This document shows, one piece after another, positions 1 through 6,136 of a DNA stretch of 20,000 nucleotides. Under the pieces are notes generated by a model. That model was given only the letters and a program-made list of their open reading frames with translations, was not told the origin of the DNA and ran no database searches. The DNA is from Promethearchaeota archaeon (lineage in GTDB: Archaea > Asgardarchaeota > Odinarchaeia > Odinarchaeales > JBHLKK01), in assembly GCA_048939465.1 (NCBI GenBank), contig JBHLPL010000023.1:1-20000 (forward strand), given 5' to 3'. Every line of letters starts with the position of its first letter. Position 1 is the first letter of the stretch. The translations under genes were made by a program, and so were the position numbers.

Positions 1-1
1 A

Positions 2-1963
2 CTAATGGAATGACTCCTTTATATAATTTAGAAGGCCACCAGCTAGTAAGATGCTCTTGGACCGTGAACTGAGGTCGACTCTAGCAGAGAATTCTATTCC
101 TTTGGTACTATTCTTGACAACTAGTCTCGTTTCCCTCTTTTCTAGTGTCTTTCTAATCTTTTTCATCTCTATTTTATCGCCTTGCTCGACAGAATCATAA
201 ACCTTTTCATCTTCAAACTCTAGAGGCAGAATTCCAAAATTAACCAGATTGGCTTTGTGTATTCTGGCGAATGATTTAGCCATCACTGCTCTAACTCCTA
301 GATACATAGGAGCCAAAGCTGCGTGCTCTCTACTGGAACCCTGCCCATAATTCTCTCCCGCTACGATAAAACCGCCGCCTTTCTCCTTGGCTCGAGAAAC
401 GAAAGAGGAATCAACCTGCTCGAATACGTACTCGCTGATAGCCGGGACATTGCTTCTTAGAGGAAGTATCTTGACTCCGGCAGGCATTATGTGATCTGTT
501 GTTATATTGTCCCCTAGGCGTAATAGCACCTCAAAATGCAGCTCATCTTCAAGTGGGCCTCTTAAGGGCAGTTGCTTGATGTTTGGCCCCCTTATTATTT
601 CGATCTTCTCTGGTTCAGAAGATGGTGGAAGTATCATTCCATCATCAATTTTGATTTTGCTGGGCATTCTGATTTCGGGATAGTCTCCCAGCTTACGTGG
701 GTCCCTCAAGACTCCAAAGATGGCTGTTGCGGCTGCTGTTTCCGGGCTTACGAGGTACAGTTGAGCGTCTCTGGTACCACTACGCCCCTCAAAATTCCTG
801 TTGAATGTTCTCACAGAAATACTGCCAGAAGGCGGAGCTTGCCCCATGCCAATGCACGGACCGCACGCACTCTCCAGTATTCGGGCACCTGATGAGATCA
901 AATCTGCCAGTGCACCGTTCCTTGCTATTTCCTCAAGAACCTGGCGTGAACCGGGAGAGACAATCAGACTGAGGTTAGGATGGACTTTTTTCCCCTTTAA
1001 TATGGCAGCCACTACCATGAGATCCTTCAGGGAAGAGTTGGTACAACTTCCAATGGCCACTTGTTGGACCTCCAATCCTTCTATCTCACTAACCTTGGAT
1101 ACGTTTCCTGGACTGTGGGGCGTTGCTACCAAAGGCTCTATTTGTGCTAGATCAATCTCAATGGTTTCTTCATATTGCGCATTGTCATCAGGTTTTAATT
1201 CTTTCCATTCATCCGATCTTTCCTGCATTGCGAAGAACTTCTTTGTTGTCTCGTCTGAAGGGAATATTGAGGTCGTCGCTCCCGTCTCGGCACCCATGTT
1301 TGCGATTGTAGCCCTCTCATAGACATCCAAATCTTCGACTCCATGTCCGAAGTATTCCAAAACCTTGCCTACTCCTCCCTTTACACCAATGATCCTAAGA
1401 ACTTCCAGAATAATATCCTTTGCAGCAACCCAACGCTGTCTTTTTCCAATGAGATTGATGCCTACAACACCTGGAACCTCCAGATAAAAAGGAGCACCCC
1501 CCATTGCAGCAGCTACATCCAATCCGCCAGCACCGATAGCAAGCATTCCTACTCCGCCTGCCGTAGGTGTGTGAGAATCTGATCCCAGCAATGTTCGTCC
1601 AGGTCGAGAGAATCGCTCGAGGTTCACTTGATGACAAATACCATTTCCCGGTCTTGAGAAATAAATCCCATACTTTGCTGCAACGCTCTGAAGGTACATA
1701 TGGTCGTCTGCATTCATGAAATTCGTTTGAAGTGTATTATGATCCACGTAGCTTACTGACAATTCGGTCTTTACTCTCGGTATTCCAAGTGCCTCAAACT
1801 GAAGATATGCCATCGTCCCTGTGGCATCCTGAGTCAAAGTTCGGTCTATTCTTACAGCAATCTCGGTACCTTCTTTGAGGCCCCCTTCAACCAGATGTTC
1901 CTTCAATATTTTATGCGTTATCGTTCCTTTCATTTCAACCCCTCTTGGCTTTGGCTTCAGCAT
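2..1963 (-). CDS. Aconitate hydratase (aconitase/IPM isomerase superfamily), full length; translation more likely starts at the internal Met giving MKGTITHKILKEHLVEG (~1930)
   Basis: 653-aa ORF with ESACGPCIGMGQAPPSGSISVRTFNRNFEGRSG (Fe-S ligand region), DSHTPTAGGVGMLAIGAGGLD, IGSCTNSSLKD and a C-terminal swivel domain GENYGQGSSREHAALAP; stop codon at 2-4. Confidence 0.95.
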   Translation of the reverse strand: MLKPKPRGVEMKGTITHKILKEHLVEGGLKEGTEIAVRIDRTLTQDATGTMAYLQFEALGIPRVKTELSVSYVDHNTLQTNFMNADDHMYLQSVAAKYGIYFSRPGNGICHQVNLERFSRPGRTLLGSDSHTPTAGGVGMLAIGAGGLDVAAAMGGAPFYLEVPGVVGINLIGKRQRWVAAKDIILEVLRIIGVKGGVGKVLEYFGHGVEDLDVYERATIANMGAETGATTSIFPSDETTKKFFAMQERSDEWKELKPDDNAQYEETIEIDLAQIEPLVATPHSPGNVSKVSEIEGLEVQQVAIGSCTNSSLKDLMVVAAILKGKKVHPNLSLIVSPGSRQVLEEIARNGALADLISSGARILESACGPCIGMGQAPPSGSISVRTFNRNFEGRSGTRDAQLYLVSPETAAATAIFGVLRDPRKLGDYPEIRMPSKIKIDDGMILPPSSEPEKIEIIRGPNIKQLPLRGPLEDELHFEVLLRLGDNITTDHIMPAGVKILPLRSNVPAISEYVFEQVDSSFVSRAKEKGGGFIVAGENYGQGSSREHAALAPMYLGVRAVMAKSFARIHKANLVNFGILPLEFEDEKVYDSVEQGDKIEMKKIRKTLEKRETRLVVKNSTKGIEFSARVDLSSRSKSILLAGGLLNYIKESFH

Positions 1964-2027
1964 CCTTTCCGAAGGATCCCGACTTTGTACATATTGATTA
2001 GAAAAGGATTTGGTGGGGTCGGTGGGA

Positions 2028-2053
2028 TTTTCCCCAAGCTGATTTTCCTTGGC
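2028..2053 (-). other. T-loop intron (position 59/60) of tRNA-Trp
   Basis: Bulge-helix-bulge reading: h GTGGG/CCCAC, central helix TTCA/GGAA (3 of 4 pairs, one A.G), bulges AA|G and AA|T, h' CCAAG/CTTGG. Confidence 0.85.
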
Positions 2054-2066
2054 TTTGAACCCACAA

Positions 2067-2096
2067 TTCGTCTTAGCAGACGATCCGGCTGTTAAT
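2067..2096 (-). other. Variable-loop intron (position 46/47) of tRNA-Trp
   Basis: Central helix CGTT/GACG, bulges GG|A and AA|T, h' TTAACAG/CTGCTAA (6 of 7 pairs); removal leaves variable loop TGGTT. Confidence 0.72.
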
Positions 2097-2105
2097 CCAA
2101 CGGGT

Positions 2106-2171
2106 TTCTTCGGAGTGGACCGCTCCAGAGGCTCTTCATCCGTTTGTCAGCAGATCTATTGCCTGGGACAT
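2106..2171 (-). other. Anticodon-loop intron (position 37/38) of tRNA-Trp
   Basis: Separates CTCCAG from ACCCGT. Central helix CTCC/GAAG has one mismatch and outer bulges are AG|A and AA|A. h' is not convincingly paired, so the exact splice sites are less certain. Confidence 0.75.
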
Positions 2172-2231
2172 CTGGAGCCCGTCGTCCTACCTGATTAGAC
2201 CACGACCCCTTCAAGAACCTGTAAAATCTTG

Positions 2232-2241
2232 AAATATAAAA
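2232..2241 (-). promoter_or_regulatory. TATA-box for tRNA-Trp
   Basis: Minus-strand TTTTATATTT centred ~28 nt before tRNA nt 1. Confidence 0.6.
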
Positions 2242-2345
2242 TTGTATCGGTGGGTATGAACCTAAGATCGTTTCAGCGATCTAAAAGACTGCCCTTCGCT
2301 CAGAGGATTAACATGCGGACAGAGGAAATTGTATTTTAAAAGGAT

Positions 2346-2495
2346 GTGTGACACCGTTCCGTGTTCTAATGGGTACGGGTGTTTCCTCTCGCCTATGGCC
2401 GCCAGCGAACCAGCAGCATCTTGCTTTCCCACGGGCTCGCGCACCGTAGTACAGGTAAGATCGCTCGAGAGCTTAACTTTCACGCGATGTCACAC
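2346..2495 (-). rRNA. Circularly permuted 5S rRNA gene (3' half then TTCG then 5' half)
   Basis: Minus strand reads GTGTGACATCG-CGTGAAAGTTAAGCTCTCGAGCGATCTTACCTGTACTACGGTGCGCGAGCCCGTGGGAAAGCAAGATGCTGCTGG-TTCG-CTGGCGGCCATAGGCGAGAGGAAACACCCGTACCCATTAGAACACGGAA-CGGTGTCACAC. Archaeal 5S signature blocks are present but swapped in order. Helix I GCTGCTGG/CTGGCGGC (8 bp with G.U), helix II CGAGAG/CTCTCG, helix III CCGT/ACGG and helix V ATCTT/AAGAT all pair. Confidence 0.9.
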
Positions 2496-2519
2496 AAGGA
2501 GTTTAAGAATTCTAAACAC

Positions 2520-2527
2520 TATATAAA
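2520..2527 (-). promoter_or_regulatory. TATA-box for the permuted 5S rRNA gene
   Basis: Minus-strand TTTATATA, centre ~28 nt upstream of the start of the terminal stem (2495). Confidence 0.7.
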
Positions 2528-2554
2528 AATATTGCAAATCTTGCATTGATTCCT

Positions 2555-3049
2555 TCAGCTAATTAGACGCCCTTCAGAATCGATCTCGCCTTTCCTTATC
2601 CTCGAGGAGGAGATTGGCATCTTATCCTCTGCAAGAGCCAAAGGGATCAGAACAATTTTGATCGGGGGTATTTTCCTTTGAATTCTAATCTGATTGATCT
2701 CTTCTGCGCGGGCGTAGGTTTCTTTGGTGACCACTATTGCTTCAATTTCTTGACTAGATATTGCGGGTCCGTAAGGATCCTTTAGAGGGATTATCTTAAC
2801 CCTATCGGCGACTCCCTTTTCCTCCAAAAATCTTTCTATTTTAGCTTTTCTCATTTCGAATGGCAAGATTCTTTCTCTTTCAGGTTTTCCTTTCAGCATC
2901 TCTTCAGTTGTTACCCCCAGAATCACACTCTTACCTAATTTAAGCGCCTTCAAGAGCGCGAATTTATGTCCTGCATGAAAATGATCAAATGTCCCTGCAA
3001 AGCCTACGCAGCTGAATTTGCCCTTACTGCAATCTCCCACGAAGATCAC
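2555..3049 (-). CDS. coaD: Phosphopantetheine adenylyltransferase (archaeal type)
   Basis: VGFAGTFDHFHAGHKFALLKALKLGKSVILGVTTEEMLKGK nucleotidyltransferase (HxGH) motif; VVTKETYARAEEINQIRIQRKIPPIKIVLI. Confidence 0.9.
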   Translation of the reverse strand: MIFVGDCSKGKFSCVGFAGTFDHFHAGHKFALLKALKLGKSVILGVTTEEMLKGKPERERILPFEMRKAKIERFLEEKGVADRVKIIPLKDPYGPAISSQEIEAIVVTKETYARAEEINQIRIQRKIPPIKIVLIPLALAEDKMPISSSRIRKGEIDSEGRLIS

Positions 3050-3227
3050 TGCCTTTAATGCATCGTCCTAATTTCAACCTGTTAGAGTATTCTACTGGAT
3101 ATTTAAGAATGAAGTCTAGAATATCAATGTGGTTTTTTCGGACTTTGACTATTTCTCAGAATCCTCCAAAAAGACCTTGGATCCACTGCTAAGCAGCATA
3201 CCAAACGAAAATTGAGGATGGGGAAAG

Positions 3228-3605
3228 TTAGGCTTTCTCTTTCCTAAGGGGAACTGTATATATCGTCTTGATGAAGGTCTTACCTTGGCACTCTTTGCAG
3301 TCTCCGACTTCCTTGAATATGTAATCTCCTCTCTCAAAATCTCTAATTTCAGTGAAATCACATGTTCGACATTTGATTATTGAGAGTGTTTGATGTTCGG
3401 CTCTTGAAGGATAGGCTGCCCTGCCTCCAACATTTAGGAATGACATAACAAATGACATTAGTATTAATCCTAGCATTATCATCAGAAAGTCTCCGCCTGA
3501 TGTAATTCCTAGATAGATTAGGTAGCCTCCAGCTGCTAGCATGACAATAGATATTGCTATAATGATTATCCTCGATGTTCTGGACCCTTTATGCTCTTCA
3601 GACAC
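3228..3605 (-). CDS. Small protein with two predicted transmembrane helices and a C-terminal CxxC...CxxC zinc-ribbon-like domain, unknown function
   Basis: 125 aa: IIIIAISIVMLAAGGYLIYLGI and FLMIMLGLILMSFVMSFL, followed by CRTCDFTEIRDFERGDYIFKEVGDCKECQGK. Confidence 0.75.
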   Translation of the reverse strand: MSEEHKGSRTSRIIIIAISIVMLAAGGYLIYLGITSGGDFLMIMLGLILMSFVMSFLNVGGRAAYPSRAEHQTLSIIKCRTCDFTEIRDFERGDYIFKEVGDCKECQGKTFIKTIYTVPLRKEKA

Positions 3606-3606
3606 T

Positions 3607-4830
3607 TTAGAATCCCACTCCTATTGTATTTCCTATTCCTGCAACAATCACAAGATCATTTGGCTTTGTTCTTTCTCGTATAATCCTCTTAACTCGCTCT
3701 ACAGCTTTTTCAGCAGCCTCTGCAATCTCCTTTTTCAAGGGCGAAACTGCTTCCTCAATAGCCTCCTTGATTATGAGCGCATCTAGCGGTATTTTATGCA
3801 GAACGCCTGCATCTTCCATCTTGAATTTCTCAACGCCAAAACCGCCTATTGCGGCCCCCACGCCTTCTGCAAGTTCTCCGCTTTTGTCTCCTTCAAGTTT
3901 CAGTGCTGCGTCTATTGTTATTATTCTGGCTATATTGCCTTTCTGTTGTTCGACGATAAGCTTGATTGCTTCACCGGGCTTTCCGACATTCCCACCAGGA
4001 CCCTTTGCCTTAATCAGAAATAGCGTTCTCTGTTCAAAATCCATCTTGTATGCTACTGTATTTTTGGCAATGTCAGAAATCTCTTCCAAACCAGCTAGTT
4101 TTCTGTTTTCATCTGCTATGCTGGCTACAACCAGTGCACCTATTCCGTCTCCGATTGGCTTGCCCACAGAGAATGCCTTAAGTGCGTTGAAGTACGCGTT
4201 CGCAATTCGCATAATCTCCGGAAGCTGCATTTGGATCTGCATAATCAGAAGTAAGCTTTTCTGCTTCTTTCCGAGCAGCAGATAGTGACGAACAACTCGA
4301 AAGATGTAGTTTACAGCTATAGCGGCTTCTACTAGGTTTTCCAAGTTTGCGGATTCAGGTTCACTTGCCTCAGGTGCTATCCTTAGAACTAGATCCTCAA
4401 ATTGATTCTTTCTGACATTTAATAGGTGCTCAAGCCTCCCTAAAACTCCAGCAGGGTCTTTGTCAACAGGATCAATCTGGAAGAACTCCATAAACTCTGT
4501 TACTCTGGATGTCGGATCTTTGGGTGACTTACCTACTTCCTTTACTGTATTCACAGTTATCTCTTTGCCGCTCAACATCATGATCTCCAGTTTTCGTAGT
4601 GCAGCTTCAATTTGCTTTATCCATCCCCACATCTGGATCCGTTGTCCAAACATCATCTGCACGAAGATCAGACCTATAAATAGAACATATAATATCGTAG
4701 ATAACAGGTCACTTCCAAACTGCATTGATTCCGACCTCAAATATACTAACACGATAGAGGGAAAAATCCCCCTTTTTAAACCTTCCTCCATCTGATAGCA
4801 TAAATCTCTTTTAATAAACCTTTCGGGCAT
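3607..4830 (-). CDS. DUF1512-like conserved archaeal membrane-associated protein
   Basis: 407 aa; N-terminal TM followed by RIQMWGWIKQIEAALRKLEIMMLSGKEITVNTV...; C-terminal NDLVIVAGIGNTIGVGF. Family assignment is from memory. Confidence 0.7.
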   Translation of the reverse strand: MPERFIKRDLCYQMEEGLKRGIFPSIVLVYLRSESMQFGSDLLSTILYVLFIGLIFVQMMFGQRIQMWGWIKQIEAALRKLEIMMLSGKEITVNTVKEVGKSPKDPTSRVTEFMEFFQIDPVDKDPAGVLGRLEHLLNVRKNQFEDLVLRIAPEASEPESANLENLVEAAIAVNYIFRVVRHYLLLGKKQKSLLLIMQIQMQLPEIMRIANAYFNALKAFSVGKPIGDGIGALVVASIADENRKLAGLEEISDIAKNTVAYKMDFEQRTLFLIKAKGPGGNVGKPGEAIKLIVEQQKGNIARIITIDAALKLEGDKSGELAEGVGAAIGGFGVEKFKMEDAGVLHKIPLDALIIKEAIEEAVSPLKKEIAEAAEKAVERVKRIIRERTKPNDLVIVAGIGNTIGVGF

Positions 4831-4946
4831 TGCCCGTTAATCGCTGTATTTTGCCCTCGGAGAATGGAACACAGGATCGTATTCGGTACATTCTCGAGAA
4901 AAATACCAGCAAAGATACATTTTTATCTTCTTACTCATATTTCCAC

Positions 4947-5190
4947 TTGGCAATGAAGGAATAAGTGCCTTCCATCGAGGACTGACCCGAGATCTCGCAA
5001 TGAGGGTTGGAGCAAAAGGACGGTAACACCAGAGCTAGGAGCCGTAACATAATCGCACTGACAGGACTCTTACAAGGCAGATGGCTTACTGTCACTGGAT
5101 GAGTAAGGGCAAACCCACGTGCGGTACATCGGCTCCATGTCAGGGTAAGGCCCCACTATGAGAGAACTCGGCTGAGAAGGGCATAATGCC
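4947..5190 (+). ncRNA. Structured non-coding RNA, candidate archaeal RNase P RNA
   Basis: No ORF. Nested long-range pairings in RNase P-like order: GGCA(4949-4952)/TGCC(5187-5190) as P1, CCTTC(4968-4972)/GAAGG(5176-5180) as P2, CCGAG(4987-4991)/CTCGG(5167-5171) as P4 within AGAGAACTCGGCTGA (compare CR-V ACAGAACCCGGCUUA). GGAGCCG(5038-5044)/CGGCTCC(5130-5136) and CGCAC(5054-5058)/GTGCG(5119-5123) surround a specificity-like domain containing GTGCGGTA (compare CR-III). CR-I and CR-IV are not canonical. Confidence 0.5.
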
Positions 5191-5269
5191 CCGTCTAGGA
5201 GGCTGAGCGTTAGTTTGTGGGGTACACCTGACCCACTCTCTTCTTATCTCTAATATTATTCTGTTCGAG

Positions 5270-6133
5270 TTGGGATGTAACTTGGGAGGATTCTACAAAG
5301 AGCTGAGGGCTAGCCTAGAATGGAGACTCCCTGAAAGGCTATTGAACCTACTTCCACGAGGTTTTCAGAGAATCGGCGATATCATTATCATGAATATCCA
5401 CAAAGAACTCCTACCATTCAAGGAGCTGATCGGACGCAGTCTATTGAGTATCATTCCAAAATGCAGAAGCGTGTGTGTTAAGATTGGAGGAATTTCAGGA
5501 AGATATCGCACTCCTGAGTTGGAGGTTGTAGCGGGAGACAAGAATACTGAAACTACACACAGAGAACACGACTGCCTTTTCAGACTAGATGTCAAAAGAA
5601 TCATGTTTGCTAAAGGTAACGTCAATGAACGAAGGAGACTGGCTGATCTGGTGAGGGACGATGAAGTGATTGTTGATATGTTCGCTGGAATTGGGTACTT
5701 CTCTATAGTGATTGCCAGACACGCAAATCCCAGAATTATCCATTCAATAGAAATAAATCCTGTTTCATACAAGTATTTGTGTGAGAATATCCTTTTGAAC
5801 AGGGTCAATGAAAAGGTGCATCCAATCCTGGGTGACTGTTCTACTGAAGCTCCGAAATTGGGGATTACTGCAGACAGAATAATCATGGGATACTTACCAA
5901 GTCCAAAAGATCATCTTCCAGCTGCGATGAAGATTACGAATCCCAATGGTACAATCATTCACTATGAAGGATTAATACATAAAACAGATCCGCCTACTCT
6001 CCTATTAGAGGAAGTAGAAGAAGCTGCCGCGAGTTACGGCAAGATGCCCGCCCTAAGTAATTGGAAATTGATTAAGACCTTTGCGCCGAATGTTCATCAC
6101 ATCGTCTTAGACGTTTTGATAAAGGAAGGATGA
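5270..6133 (+). CDS. taw2: Class I SAM-dependent transferase, Trm5/Taw2 family; Taw2-like (wybutosine pathway aminocarboxypropyltransferase) favoured
   Basis: VDMFAGIGYFSIVIARHANPRIIHSIEINPVSYKYLCENILLNRV; uses MGYLPSP at the position where Trm5 carries an NPP-type motif. Confidence 0.75.
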   Translation: MGCNLGGFYKELRASLEWRLPERLLNLLPRGFQRIGDIIIMNIHKELLPFKELIGRSLLSIIPKCRSVCVKIGGISGRYRTPELEVVAGDKNTETTHREHDCLFRLDVKRIMFAKGNVNERRRLADLVRDDEVIVDMFAGIGYFSIVIARHANPRIIHSIEINPVSYKYLCENILLNRVNEKVHPILGDCSTEAPKLGITADRIIMGYLPSPKDHLPAAMKITNPNGTIIHYEGLIHKTDPPTLLLEEVEEAAASYGKMPALSNWKLIKTFAPNVHHIVLDVLIKEG

Positions 6134-6136
6134 TCT

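Larger units (their letters stand above)
2011..2209 (-). tRNA. tRNA-Trp (anticodon CCA, 2175-2173 on minus strand) with three predicted introns: 2171-2106 (66 nt, position 37/38), 2096-2067 (30 nt, 46/47), 2053-2028 (26 nt, 59/60); CCA encoded (2013-2011)
   Basis: Acceptor GGGGTCG (2209-2203)/CGACCCC (2021-2015), discriminator A and CCA; D-stem GTCT/GGAC; anticodon arm ACGGG-CTCCAGA-CCCGT; T-arm GTGGG-TTCAAA|T-CCCAC. After removing 122 nt the mature molecule is 77 nt with all arms paired. TATA-like TTTTATATTT ~28 nt upstream. Confidence 0.88.

Noticed and set aside
572-1322. Plus-strand ORFs 572..892, 801..1322 and 1123..1311
   Set aside because: Antisense shadow ORFs of the aconitase gene.
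1895-2095. ORF 1895..2095(+)
   Set aside because: Antisense to the aconitase N-terminus and the tRNA-Trp gene; no recognisable protein.
2065-2099. Long variable arm (type II tRNA) instead of a second intron
   Set aside because: The anticodon is CCA (Trp), a type I tRNA. The 35-nt segment fits a BHB intron that leaves a normal 5-nt variable loop.
2346-2495. Alternative reading of the 5S locus as a normal 5S with an insertion, or as two 5S fragments
   Set aside because: No insertion can produce 3' half before 5' half. The TTCG-capped helix I, intact cross-half helix II and closing terminal stem all require a single permuted molecule.
2262-2526. Six-frame ORFs 2262..2483(-) and 2329..2526(+)
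   Set aside because: They overlap the permuted 5S rRNA; the sequence is explained by conserved 5S blocks and base-pairing, not by coding.
4947-5240. SRP (7S) RNA as the identity of this structured RNA
   Set aside because: Although GGAGGCTGAG resembles an SRP Alu-domain string, the conserved helix 8 motif (CCGGAAGG...AGCAGC-type) was not found.
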